Below are positions 11,208-23,725 of a stretch of 64,000 nt of DNA, one piece after another. The stretch spans positions 186,001 to 250,000 of the forward strand of contig NW_025964386.1 of NCBI RefSeq assembly GCF_023055435.1, in the 5' to 3' direction. The first letter of the stretch is position 1, and every line of letters starts with the position of its first letter. The notes under the pieces were generated by a model. It made no database searches, had not been told where the DNA came from, and worked only from the letters and a program-made list of their open reading frames with translations. The stretch comes from Haliotis rufescens (taxonomy: Eukaryota). The position numbers and the translations under genes are program-made.

Positions 11208-14200
11208 ACTGAAGGGGGAGGCTGGTCAGGGGCAGGTGCCTGGTTGTTAGCCGTGGGAGGCTGGTCTGGGGGAGGGGCCTGGTTGTTAGCAGTGGAAGGC
11301 CGGTCTGGGGGAGGGGCCTTGTTAGCAGTGGGAGGCTGGTCTGGGGGAGGGGCCTTGTTAGCAGTGGGAGGCTGGTCTGGGAGAGGTGTCTGGTTGTTAG
11401 CAGTGGGAGGCTGGTCTGGGGAAGGTGCCTCGTTGTAAGCAGTGGGAGGCTGGTCTTGGGGAGGTGCCTCGTTGTTAGCAGTGGGAGGCTGGTCTGGTGG
11501 AGGTGTCTGGTTGTTAGCAGTGGGAGGCTGGTCTGGGGGAGGTGCCTGGTTGTTAGCAGTGTGAGACTGGTCTGGGAGAGGTGCCTGGTTGTTAGCAGTG
11601 GGAGGCTGGTCTGGGGAAGGTGCCTCGTTGTTAGCAGTGGGAGGCTGGTCTGGCGGAGGTGTCTGGTTGTTAGCAGTGGGAGGCTGGTCTTGGGGAGGTG
11701 CCTCGTTGTTAGCAGTGGGAGGCTGGTCTGGCGGAGGTGTCTGGTTGTTAGCAGTGGGAGGCTGGTCTGGGAAGGTTCCTGGTTGTTAGCAGTGGGAGGC
11801 TGGTCTGGGGAAGGTGTCTGGTTGTTAGCAGTGGGAGGCTGGTCTGGGGGAGGTGTCTGGTTGTTAGCAGTGGGAGGCTGGTCTGGGGGAGGTGTCTGGT
11901 TGTTAGCAGTGGGAGGCTGGTCTGGGGGAGGTGTCTGGTTGTTAGGTGGAGGAGCTCGTCTGGGAGAGGTGCCTTATTAGCAGTGGGAGGCTGGTCTTGG
12001 GGAGGTGCCTGGTTGTTAGCAGTAGGAGGCTGGTCTGGTGGAGGTGTCTGGTTGTTAGCAGTGGGAGGCTGGTCTGGGGGAGGTGCCTGGTTGTTAGCAG
12101 TGTGAGACTGGTCTGGGAGAGGTGCCTGGTTGTTAGCAGTAGGAGGCTGGTCTGGGAAGGTTCCTGGTTGTTAGCAGTGGGAGGCTGGTCTGGGGGAGGT
12201 GTCTGGTTGTTAGCAGTGGGAGGCTGGTCTGGGGGAGGTGTCTGGTTGTTAGCAGTGGGAGGCTGGTCTGGGGGAGGTGTCTGGTTGTTAGCAGTGGGAG
12301 GCTGGTCTGGGGGAGGTGTCTGGTTGTTAGGTGGAGGAGCTCGTCTGGGAGAGGTGCCTTATTAGCAGTGGGAGGCTGGTCTGGGGGAGGTGCCTGGTTG
12401 TTAGCAGTGTGAGACTGGTCTGCCGAAGGTGCCTGGTTGTTAGCTGGGAGAGGTGTCTTGTTAGCAGTAGAAGGCTGGTCTGGGGGAGGTGCCTCGTTGT
12501 TAGCAGTAGGAGGCTGGTCTGGGGGAGGTGCCTGGTTGTTAGCAGTATTAGGTTGGTCTGGGTAAAGTGCCTGGTTGTTAGGTGGAGGAGCTAGTCTGGG
12601 GAAGGTGCCTTGTTGTTAGCAGTAGGAGGCTGGTCTGGCGGAGGTGCCTTGTTAGCAGTGGGAGGCTGGTCTGGCGGAGGTGCCTGGTTGTTAGCAGTAG
12701 GAGGCTGGTCTGGCGGAGGTGTCTGGTTGTTAGCAGTAGGAGGTTGGTCTGGGAGAGGTGCCTTGTTGTTAGCAGTGGGAGGCTGGTCTGGGGAAGGTGC
12801 CTGGTTGTTAGCAGTGGGAGGCTGGTCTGGGAGAGGTGCCTTGTTGTTAGCAGTGGGAGGCTGGTCTGGGGGAGGGGCCTTGTTAGCAGTGGGAGGCTGG
12901 TCTGGCGGAGGTGCCTGGTTGTTAGCAGTAGGAGGCTGGTCTGGCGGAGGTGTCTGGTTGTTAGCAGTAGGAGGTTGGTCTGGGAGAGGTGCCTTGTTGT
13001 TAGCAGTAGGAGGCTGGTCTGGCGGAGGTGTCTGGTTGTTAGCAGTAGGAGGTTGGTCTGGGAGAGGTGCCTGGTTGTTAGCAGTGGGAGGCTGGTCTGG
13101 CGGAGGTGCCTGGTTGTTAGCAGTGGGAGGCTGGTCTGGCGGAGGTGCCTGGTTGTTAGCAGTGGGAGGCTGGTCTGGGGGAGGTGTCTGGTTGTTAGCA
13201 GTGGGAGGCTGGTCTGGGGAAGGTGCCTGGTTGTTAGCAGTGGGAGGCTGGTCTGGCGGAGGTGTCTGGTTGTTAGCAGTAGGAGGCTGGTCTGGCGGAG
13301 GTGCCTTGTTGTTAGCAGTAGGAGGCTGGTCTGGCGGAGGTGCCTGGTTGTTAGCAGTGGGAGGCTGGTCTGGGAGAGGTGCCTTGTTGTTAGCAGTGGG
13401 AGGTTGGTCTGGGAGAGGTGCCTTGTTGTTAGCAGTAGGAGGCTGGTCTGGGAGAGGTGCCTTGTTGTTAGCAGTAGGAGGCTGGTCTGGCGGAGGTGCC
13501 TGGTTGTTAGCAGTGGGAGGCTGGTCTGGCGGAGGTGTCTGGTTGTTAGCAGTGGGAGGCTGGTCTGGGAGAGGTGCCTTGTTGTTAGCAGTAGGAGGCT
13601 GGTCTGGCGGAGGTGCCTGGTTGTTAGCAGTGGGAGGCTGGTCTGGCGGAGGTGTCTGGTTGTTAGCAGTGGGAGGCTGGTCTGGGGGAGGTGTCTGGTT
13701 GTTAGCAGTGGGAGGCTGATCTGTGAGAGGTGCCTGGTTGTTAGCCGTGGGAGGCTGGTCTGGGGGAGGGGCCTGGTTGTTAGCAGTGGAAGGCTGGTCT
13801 GGGGGAGGGGCCTGGTTGTTAGCAGTGGAAGGCCGGTCTGGGGGAGGGGCCTTGTTAGCAGTGGGAGGCTGGTCTGGGGGAGGGGCCTTGTTAGCAGTGG
13901 GAGGCTGGTCTGGGAGAGGTGTCTGGTTGTTAGCAGTGGGAGGCTGGTCTGGGGAAGGTGCCTCGTTGTAAGCAGTGGGAGGCTGGTCTTGGGGAGGTGC
14001 CTCGTTGTTAGCAGTGGGAGGCTGGTCTGGTGGAGGTGTCTGGTTGTTAGCAGTGGGAGGCTGGTCTGGGGGAGGTGCCTGGTTGTTAGCAGTGTGAGAC
14101 TGGTCTGGGAGAGGTGCCTGGTTGTTAGCAGTGGGAGGCTGGTCTGGGGAAGGTGCCTCGTTGTTAGCAGTGGGAGGCTGGTCTGGCGGAGGTGTCTGGT

Positions 14201-17200
14201 TGTTAGCAGTGGGAGGCTGGTCTTGGGGAGGTGCCTCGTTGTTAGCAGTGGGAGGCTGGTCTGGCGGAGGTGTCTGGTTGTTAGCAGTGGGAGGCTGGTC
14301 TGGGAAGGTTCCTGGTTGTTAGCAGTGGGAGGCTGGTCTGGGGAAGGTGTCTGGTTGTTAGCAGTGGGAGGCTGGTCTGGGGGAGGTGTCTGGTTGTTAG
14401 CAGTGGGAGGCTGGTCTGGGGGAGGTGTCTGGTTGTTAGCAGTGGGAGGCTGGTCTGGGGGAGGTGTCTGGTTTTTAGGTGGAGGAGCTCGTCTGGGAGA
14501 GGTGCCTTATTAGCAGTGGGAGGCTGGTCTTGGGGAGGTGCCTGGTTGTTAGCAGTAGGAGGCTGGTCTGGTGGAGGTGTCTGGTTGTTAGCAGTGGGAG
14601 GCTGGTCTGGGGGAGGTGCCTGGTTGTTAGCAGTGTGAGACTGGTCTGGGAGAGGTGCCTGGTTGTTAGCAGTGGGAGGCTGGTCTGGGAAGGTTCCTGG
14701 TTGTTAGCAGTGGGAGGCTGGTCTGGGGGAGGTGTCTGGTTGTTAGCAGTGGGAGGCTGGTCTGGGGGAGGTGTCTGGTTGTTAGCAGTGGGAGGCTGGT
14801 CTGGGGGAGGTGTCTGGTTGTTAGCAGTGGGAGGCTGGTCTGGGGGAGGTGTCTGGTTGTTAGGTGGAGGAGCTCGTCTGGGAGAGGTGCCTTATTAGCA
14901 GTGGGAGGCTGGTCTGGGGGAGGTGCCTGGTTGTTAGCAGTGTGAGACTGGTCTGCCGAAGGTGCCTGGTTGTTAGCTGGGAGAGGTGTCTTGTTAGCAG
15001 TAGAAGGCTGGTCTGGGGGAGGTGCCTCGTTGTTAGCAGTAGGAGGCTGGTCTGGGGGAGGTGCCTGGTTGTTAGCAGTATTAGGTTGGTCTGGGTAAAG
15101 TGCCTGGTTGTTAGGTGGAGGAGCTAGTCTGGGGAAGGTGCCTTGTTGTTAGCAGTAGGAGGCTGGTCTGGCGGAGGTGCCTTGTTAGCAGTGGGAGGCT
15201 GGTCTGGCGGAGGTGCCTGGTTGTTAGCAGTAGGAGGCTGGTCTGGCGGAGGTGTCTGGTTGTTAGCAGTAGGAGGTTGGTCTGGGAGAGGTGCCTTGTT
15301 GTTAGCAGTGGGAGGCTGGTCTGGGGAAGGTGCCTGGTTGTTAGCAGTGGGAGGCTGGTCTGGGAGAGGTGCCTTGTTGTTAGCAGTGGGAGGCTGGTCT
15401 GGGGGAGGGGCCTTGTTAGCAGTGGGAGGCTGGTCTGGCGGAGGTGCCTGGTTGTTAGCAGTAGGAGGCTGGTCTGGCGGAGGTGTCTGGTTGTTAGCAG
15501 TAGGAGGTTGGTCTGGGAGAGGTGCCTTGTTGTTAGCAGTAGGAGGCTGGTCTGGCGGAGGTGTCTGGTTGTTAGCAGTAGGAGGTTGGTCTGGGAGAGG
15601 TGCCTGGTTGTTAGCAGTGGGAGGCTGGTCTGGCGGAGGTGCCTGGTTGTTAGCAGTGGGAGGCTGGTCTGGCGGAGGTGCCTGGTTGTTAGCAGTGGGA
15701 GGCTGGTCTGGGGGAGGTGTCTGGTTGTTAGCAGTGGGAGGCTGGTCTGGGGAAGGTGCCTGGTTGTTAGCAGTGGGAGGCTGGTCTGGCGGAGGTGTCT
15801 GGTTGTTAGCAGTAGGAGGCTGGTCTGGCGGAGGTGCCTTGTTGTTAGCAGTAGGAGGCTGGTCTGGCGGAGGTGCCTGGTTGTTAGCAGTGGGAGGCTG
15901 GTCTGGGAGAGGTGCCTTGTTGTTAGCAGTGGGAGGCTGGTCTGGGAGAGGTGCCTTGTTGTTAGCAGTAGGAGGCTGGTCTGGGAGAGGTGCCTTGTTG
16001 TTAGCAGTAGGAGGCTGGTCTGGCGGAGGTGCCTGGTTGTTAGCAGTGGGAGGCTGGTCTGGGGGAGGTGTCTGGTTGTTAGCAGTGGGAGGCTGGTCTG
16101 GGAGAGGTGCCTTGTTGTTAGCAGTAGGAGGCTGGTCTGGCGGAGGTGCCTGGTTGTTAGCAGTGGGAGGCTGGTCTGGCGGAGGTGTCTGGTTGTTAGC
16201 AGTGGGAGGCTGGTCTGGGGGAGGTGTCTGGTTGTTAGCAGTGGGAGGCTGATCTGTGAGAGGTGCCTGGTTGTTAGCCGTGGGAGGCTGGTCTGGGGGA
16301 GGGGCCTGGTTGTTAGCAGTGGAAGGCTGGTCTGGGGGAGGGGCCTGGTTGTTAGCAGTGGAAGGCCGGTCTGGGGGAGGGGCCTTGTTAGCAGTGGGAG
16401 GCTGGTCTGGGGGAGGGGCCTTGTTAGCAGTGGGAGGCTGGTCTGGGAGAGGTGTCTGGTTGTTAGCAGTGGGAGGCTGGTCTGGGGAAGGTGCCTCGTT
16501 GTAAGCAGTGGGAGGCTGGTCTTGGGGAGGTGCCTCGTTGTTAGCAGTGGGAGGCTGGTCTGGTGGAGGTGTCTGGTTGTTAGCAGTGGGAGGCTGGTCT
16601 GGGGGAGGTGCCTGGTTGTTAGCAGTGTGAGACTGGTCTGGGAGAGGTGCCTGGTTGTTAGCAGTGGGAGGCTGGTCTGGGGAAGGTGCCTCGTTGTTAG
16701 CAGTGGGAGGCTGGTCTGGCGGAGGTGTCTGGTTGTTAGCAGTGGGAGGCTGGTCTTGGGGAGGTGCCTCGTTGTTAGCAGTGGGAGGCTGGTCTGGCGG
16801 AGGTGTCTGGTTGTTAGCAGTGGGAGGCTGGTCTGGGAAGGTTCCTGGTTGTTAGCAGTGGGAGGCTGGTCTGGGGAAGGTGTCTGGTTGTTAGCAGTGG
16901 GAGGCTGGTCTGGGGGAGGTGTCTGGTTGTTAGCAGTGGGAGGCTGGTCTGGGGGAGGTGTCTGGTTGTTAGCAGTGGGAGGCTGGTCTGGGGGAGGTGT
17001 CTGGTTTTTAGGTGGAGGAGCTCGTCTGGGAGAGGTGCCTTATTAGCAGTGGGAGGCTGGTCTTGGGGAGGTGCCTGGTTGTTAGCAGTAGGAGGCTGGT
17101 CTGGTGGAGGTGTCTGGTTGTTAGCAGTGGGAGGCTGGTCTGGGGGAGGTGCCTGGTTGTTAGCAGTGTGAGACTGGTCTGGGAGAGGTGCCTGGTTGTT

Positions 17201-20200
17201 AGCAGTGGGAGGCTGGTCTGGGAAGGTTCCTGGTTGTTAGCAGTGGGAGGCTGGTCTGGGGGAGGTGTCTGGTTGTTAGCAGTGGGAGGCTGGTCTGGGG
17301 GAGGTGTCTGGTTGTTAGCAGTGGGAGGCTGGTCTGGGGGAGGTGTCTGGTTGTTAGCAGTGGGAGGCTGGTCTGGGGGAGGTGTCTGGTTGTTAGGTGG
17401 AGGAGCTCGTCTGGGAGAGGTGCCTTATTAGCAGTGGGAGGCTGGTCTGGGGGAGGTGCCTGGTTGTTAGCAGTGTGAGACTGGTCTGCCGAAGGTGCCT
17501 GGTTGTTAGCTGGGAGAGGTGTCTTGTTAGCAGTAGAAGGCTGGTCTGGGGGAGGTGCCTCGTTGTTAGCAGTAGGAGGCTGGTCTGGGGGAGGTGCCTG
17601 GTTGTTAGCAGTATTAGGTTGGTCTGGGTAAAGTGCCTGGTTGTTAGGTGGAGGAGCTAGTCTGGGGAAGGTGCCTTGTTGTTAGCAGTAGGAGGCTGGT
17701 CTGGCGGAGGTGCCTTGTTAGCAGTGGGAGGCTGGTCTGGCGGAGGTGCCTGGTTGTTAGCAGTAGGAGGCTGGTCTGGCGGAGGTGTCTGGTTGTTAGC
17801 AGTAGGAGGTTGGTCTGGGAGAGGTGCCTTGTTGTTAGCAGTGGGAGGCTGGTCTGGGGAAGGTGCCTGGTTGTTAGCAGTGGGAGGCTGGTCTGGGAGA
17901 GGTGCCTTGTTGTTAGCAGTGGGAGGCTGGTCTGGGGGAGGGGCCTTGTTAGCAGTGGGAGGCTGGTCTGGCGGAGGTGCCTGGTTGTTAGCAGTAGGAG
18001 GCTGGTCTGGCGGAGGTGTCTGGTTGTTAGCAGTAGGAGGTTGGTCTGGGAGAGGTGCCTTGTTGTTAGCAGTAGGAGGCTGGTCTGGCGGAGGTGTCTG
18101 GTTGTTAGCAGTAGGAGGTTGGTCTGGGAGAGGTGCCTGGTTGTTAGCAGTGGGAGGCTGGTCTGGCGGAGGTGCCTGGTTGTTAGCAGTGGGAGGCTGG
18201 TCTGGCGGAGGTGCCTGGTTGTTAGCAGTGGGAGGCTGGTCTGGGGGAGGTGTCTGGTTGTTAGCAGTGGGAGGCTGGTCTGGGGAAGGTGCCTGGTTGT
18301 TAGCAGTGGGAGGCTGGTCTGGCGGAGGTGTCTGGTTGTTAGCAGTAGGAGGCTGGTCTGGCGGAGGTGCCTTGTTGTTAGCAGTAGGAGGCTGGTCTGG
18401 CGGAGGTGCCTGGTTGTTAGCAGTGGGAGGCTGGTCTGGGAGAGGTGCCTTGTTGTTAGCAGTGGGAGGCTGGTCTGGGAGAGGTGCCTTGTTGTTAGCA
18501 GTAGGAGGCTGGTCTGGGAGAGGTGCCTTGTTGTTAGCAGTAGGAGGCTGGTCTGGCGGAGGTGCCTGGTTGTTAGCAGTGGGAGGCTGGTCTGGGGGAG
18601 GTGTCTGGTTGTTAGCAGTGGGAGGCTGGTCTGGGAGAGGTGCCTTGTTGTTAGCAGTAGGAGGCTGGTCTGGCGGAGGTGCCTGGTTGTTAGCAGTGGG
18701 AGGCTGGTCTGGCGGAGGTGTCTGGTTGTTAGCAGTGGGAGGCTGGTCTGGGGGAGGTGTCTGGTTGTTAGCAGTGGGAGGCTGATCTGTGAGAGGTGCC
18801 TGGTTGTTAGCCGTGGGAGGCTGGTCTGGGGGAGGGGCCTGGTTGTTAGCAGTGGAAGGCTGGTCTGGGGGAGGGGCCTGGTTGTTAGCAGTGGAAGGCC
18901 GGTCTGGGGGAGGGGCCTTGTTAGCAGTGGGAGGCTGGTCTGGGGGAGGGGCCTTGTTAGCAGTGGGAGGCTGGTCTGGGAGAGGTGTCTGGTTGTTAGC
19001 AGTGGGAGGCTGGTCTGGGGAAGGTGCCTCGTTGTAAGCAGTGGGAGGCTGGTCTTGGGGAGGTGCCTCGTTGTTAGCAGTGGGAGGCTGGTCTGGTGGA
19101 GGTGTCTGGTTGTTAGCAGTGGGAGGCTGGTCTGGGGGAGGTGCCTGGTTGTTAGCAGTGTGAGACTGGTCTGGGAGAGGTGCCTGGTTGTTAGCAGTGG
19201 GAGGCTGGTCTGGGGAAGGTGCCTCGTTGTTAGCAGTGGGAGGCTGGTCTGGCGGAGGTGTCTGGTTGTTAGCAGTGGGAGGCTGGTCTTGGGGAGGTGC
19301 CTCGTTGTTAGCAGTGGGAGGCTGGTCTGGCGGAGGTGTCTGGTTGTTAGCAGTGGGAGGCTGGTCTGGGAAGGTTCCTGGTTGTTAGCAGTGGGAGGCT
19401 GGTCTGGGGAAGGTGTCTGGTTGTTAGCAGTGGGAGGCTGGTCTGGGGGAGGTGTCTGGTTGTTAGCAGTGGGAGGCTGGTCTGGGGGAGGTGTCTGGTT
19501 GTTAGCAGTGGGAGGCTGGTCTGGGGGAGGTGTCTGGTTGTTAGGTGGAGGAGCTCGTCTGGGAGAGGTGCCTTATTAGCAGTGGGAGGCTGGTCTTGGG
19601 GAGGTGCCTGGTTGTTAGCAGTAGGAGGCTGGTCTGGTGGAGGTGTCTGGTTGTTAGCAGTGGGAGGCTGGTCTGGGGGAGGTGCCTGGTTGTTAGCAGT
19701 GTGAGACTGGTCTGGGAGAGGTGCCTGGTTGTTAGCAGTGGGAGGCTGGTCTGGGTAGGTTCCTGGTTGTTAGCAGTGGGAGGCTGGTCTGGGGGAGGTG
19801 TCTGGTTGTTAGCAGTGGGAGGCTGGTCTGGGGGAGGTGTCTGGTTGTTAGCAGTGGGAGGCTGGTCTGGGGGAGGTGTCTGGTTGTTAGCAGTGGGAGG
19901 CTGGTCTGGGGGAGGTGTCTGGTTGTTAGGTGGAGGAGCTCGTCTGGGAGAGGTGCCTTATTAGCAGTGGGAGGCTGGTCTGGGGGAGGTGCCTGGTTGT
20001 TAGCAGTGTGAGACTGGTCTGCCGAAGGTGCCTGGTTGTTAGCTGGGAGAGGTGTCTTGTTAGCAGTAGAAGGCTGGTCTGGGGGAGGTGCCTCGTTGTT
20101 AGCAGTAGGAGGCTGGTCTGGGGGAGGTGCCTGGTTGTTAGCAGTATTAGGCTGGTCTGGGTAAAGTGCCTGGTTGTTAGGTGGAGGAGCTAGTCTGGGG

Positions 20201-23200
20201 AAGGTGCCTTGTTGTTAGCAGTAGGAGGCTGGTCTGGCGGAGGTGCCTTGTTAGCAGTGGGAGGCTGGTCTGGCGGAGGTGCCTGGTTGTTAGCAGTAGG
20301 AGGCTGGTCTGGCGGAGGTGTCTGGTTGTTAGCAGTAGGAGGTTGGTCTGGGAGAGGTGCCTTGTTGTTAGCAGTGGGAGGCTGGTCTGGGGAAGGTGCC
20401 TGGTTGTTAGCAGTGGGAGGCTGGTCTGGGAGAGGTGCCTTGTTGTTAGCAGTGGGAGGCTGGTCTGGGGGAGGGGCCTTGTTAGCAGTGGGAGGCTGGT
20501 CTGGCGGAGGTGCCTGGTTGTTAGCAGTAGGAGGCTGGTCTGGCGGAGGTGTCTGGTTGTTAGCAGTAGGAGGTTGGTCTGGGAGAGGTGCCTTGTTGTT
20601 AGCAGTAGGAGGCTGGTCTGGCGGAGGTGTCTGGTTGTTAGCAGTAGGAGGTTGGTCTGGGAGAGGTGCCTGGTTGTTAGCAGTGGGAGGCTGGTCTGGC
20701 GGAGGTGCCTGGTTGTTAGCAGTGGGAGGCTGGTCTGGCGGAGGTGCCTGGTTGTTAGCAGTGGGAGGCTGGTCTGGGGGAGGTGTCTGGTTGTTAGCAG
20801 TGGGAGGCTGGTCTGGGGAAGGTGCCTGGTTGTTAGCAGTGGGAGGCTGGTCTGGCGGAGGTGTCTGGTTGTTAGCAGTAGGAGGCTGGTCTGGCGGAGG
20901 TGCCTTGTTGTTAGCAGTAGGAGGCTGGTCTGGCGGAGGTGCCTGGTTGTTAGCAGTGGGAGGCTGGTCTGGGAGAGGTGCCTTGTTGTTAGCAGTGGGA
21001 GGCTGGTCTGGGAGAGGTGCCTTGTTGTTAGCAGTAGGAGGCTGGTCTGGGAGAGGTGCCTTGTTGTTAGCAGTAGGAGGCTGGTCTGGCGGAGGTGCCT
21101 GGTTGTTAGCAGTGGGAGGCTGGTCTGGGGGAGGTGTCTGGTTGTTAGCAGTGGGAGGCTGGTCTGGGAGAGGTGCCTAGTTGTTAGCAGTAGGAGGCTG
21201 GTCTGGCGGAGGTGCCTGGTTGTTAGCAGTGGGAGGCTGGTCTGGCGGAGGTGTCTGGTTGTTAGCAGTGGGAGGCTGGTCTGGGGGAGGTGTCTGGTTG
21301 TTAGCAGTGGGAGGCTGATCTGTGAGAGGTGCCTGGTTGTTAGCAGTGGGAGGCTGGTCTGGCGGAGGTGCCTGGTTGTTAGCAGTGGGAGGCTGGTCTG
21401 GGAGAGGTGCCTTGTTGTTAGCAGTAGGAGGCTGGTCTGGCGGAGGTGCCTGGTTGTTAGCAGTAGGAGGCTGGTCTGGCGGAGGTGCCTTGTTGTTAGC
21501 AGTGGGAGGCTGGTCTGGCGGAGGTGCCTGGTTGTTAGCAGTAGGAGGCTGGTCTGGCGGAGGTGCCTTGTTGTTAGCAGTGGGAGGCTGGTCTGGCGGA
21601 GGTGCCTGGTTGTTAGCAGTGGGAGGCTGGTCTGGCGGAGGTGCCTGGTTGTTAGCAGTGGGAGGCTGGTCTGGCGGAGGTGTCTGGTTGTTAGCAGTGG
21701 GAGGCTGGTCTGGGAGAGGTGCCTTGTTGTTAGCAGTAGGAGGCTGGTCTGGCGGAGGTGCCTGGTTGTTAGCAGTAGGAGGCTGGTCTGGCGGAGGTGC
21801 CTGGTTGTTAGCAGTGGGAGGCTGGTCTGGCGGAGGTGCCTGGTTGTTAGCAGTGGGAGGCTGGTCTGGGGGAGAGGTGCCTTGTTGTTAGCAGTAGGAG
21901 GCTGGTCTGGGGAAGGTGCCTGGTTGTTAGCAGTGGAGAGGTGTCTTGTTAGCAGTGGGAGGGTGGTCTGGGGAAGGTGCCTTTCATGTTAGCTGGGAGA
22001 GGTGTCTTGTTAGCAGTAGAAGGCTGGTCTGGGGAAGGTGCCTTGTTGTTAGCAGTAGGAGGCTGGTCTGGGGAAGGTGCCTGGTTGTTAGCTGGGAGAG
22101 GTGTCTTGTTAGCAGTGGGAGGGTGGTCTGGGGAAGGTGCCTTTCATGTTAGCTGGGAGAGGTGTCTTGTTAGCAGTGGAAAGCTGGTCTGGGGAAGGTG
22201 CCTGGTTGTTAGCTGGGAGAGGTGTCTTGTTAGCAGTGGAAGGCTGGTCTGGGAGAGGTGCCTGGTTGTTAGCAGTGGGAGGCTGGTCTGGGGGAGGTGT
22301 CTGGTTGTTAGCAGTGGGAGGCTGGTCTGGGGGAGGTGTCTGGTTGTTAGCAGTGGAAGGCTGGTCTGGGAGAGGTGCCTGGTTGTTATTTTGGGAGTGT
22401 GTGGGGGAGGTGAGGTGGGGGAGAGGTGCCTGGTTGTTAGCAGTAGGAGGCTGGTCTGGCGGAGGTGCCTGGTTGTTAGCAGTAGGAGGCTGGTCTGGGA
22501 GAGGTGCCTTGTTGTTAGCAGTAGGAGGCTGGTCTGGCGGAGGTGCCTGGTTGTTAGCAGTAGGAGGCTGGTCTGGGGAAGGTGCCTGGTTGTTAGCAGT
22601 GGAGAGGTGTCTTGTTAGCAGTGGGAGGGTGGTCTGGGGAAGGTGCCTTTCATGTTAGCTGGGAGAGGTGTCTTGTTAGCAGTAGAAGGCTGGTCTGGGG
22701 AAGGTGCCTTGTTGTTAGCAGTAGGAGGCTGGTCTGGGGAAGGTGCCTGGTTGTTAGCTGGGAGAGGTGTCTTGTTAGCAGTGGGAGGGTGGTCTGGGGA
22801 AGGTGCCTTTCATGTTAGCTGGGAGAGGTGTCTTGTTAGCAGTGGAAAGCTGGTCTGGGGAAGGTGCCTGGTTGTTAGCTGGGAGAGGTGTCTTGTTAGC
22901 AGTGGAAGGCTGGTCTGGGAGAGGTGCCTGGTTGTTAGCAGTGGGAGGCTGGTCTGGGGGAGGTGTCTGGTTGTTAGCAGTGGGAGGCTGGTCTGGGGGA
23001 GGTGTCTGGTTGTTAGCAGTGGAAGGCTGGTCTGGGAGAGGTGCCTGGTTGTTATTTTGGGAGTGTGTGGGGGAGGTGAGGTGGGGGAGAGGTGCCTGGT
23101 TGTTATTATGGAAGTGTGTGTTGGGGGGGTGGGGGTGGGGGAGAGGTGCCTGGTTGATATTTTGGGAGTGTGTGTGGGAGGGGGAGGGGATGTGTGGGAG

Positions 23201-23290
23201 AGGTGCCTGGTTGTTATTTTGGAAGTGTGTGTTGGAGGGGGGAAGGGTGGGGGTGGGTGAGTGCTGATCTAGGGGAGGTGCCTGGTTGAT
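11208..23290. repeat. ~12 kb G-rich minisatellite, 39-bp monomer, with 2533-bp higher-order repeat and a terminal 666-bp duplication
   Basis: Consensus TGGTTGTTAGCAGTGGGAGGCTGGTCTGGGGGAGGTGCC. The rare variant GTAAGCAG recurs at 11435/13968/16501/19034. ORF starts at 12582/15115/17648/20181 give period 2533, and 21946/22612 give period 666. Confidence 0.98.
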
Positions 23291-23725
23291 AGCTCTTAGG
23301 ACTCGTGTACCAAAAGGGGGTTGGCGCCCTCAAATATGAATGAAATGTTTGCCGACCCCAATCCAATGTTATGTAACGATTTTACACCGTAATGATACTG
23401 GTTATTACTGTTTACAAACCAAACTTACAACATGTTTAAAGCGTGGTTTTGGATTTTAAATATAATTACAGTGACACTGTTTCGTCTTTAGATATCAAAA
23501 TTTGAAAGTCTCTGTATCTCACGTTGCCTTTTAGATATCAATATAATCTCTGTCTTCCAGATACCATGGTTTGAGTATTAACCAGAACATTGCTGATGCA
23601 ATATGAAATATTAACTGCCTCATTCACTCCAGAAACAAGCACAATACACAAGCAACGACTGTGGCTTACCCCGGGCCTTGATAAAGATCCTCATTCTCAA
23701 GCATTAGTTATAACGATTTATATGA

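Noticed and set aside
11456-23267. Long + strand ORFs (643 aa RCLVVSSGRLVW.., 369 aa LLAVGGWSGGG..)
   Set aside because: They arise automatically from a 39-bp (3n) repeat that lacks stops in two frames. They use GTG/TTG starts, are broken by frameshifts in each HOR and show no gene structure.
11208-23290. CRISPR-like or telomeric array
   Set aside because: There are no unique spacers or cas genes, and the context is eukaryotic. TTAG is followed by CA, not a TTAGGG tract.
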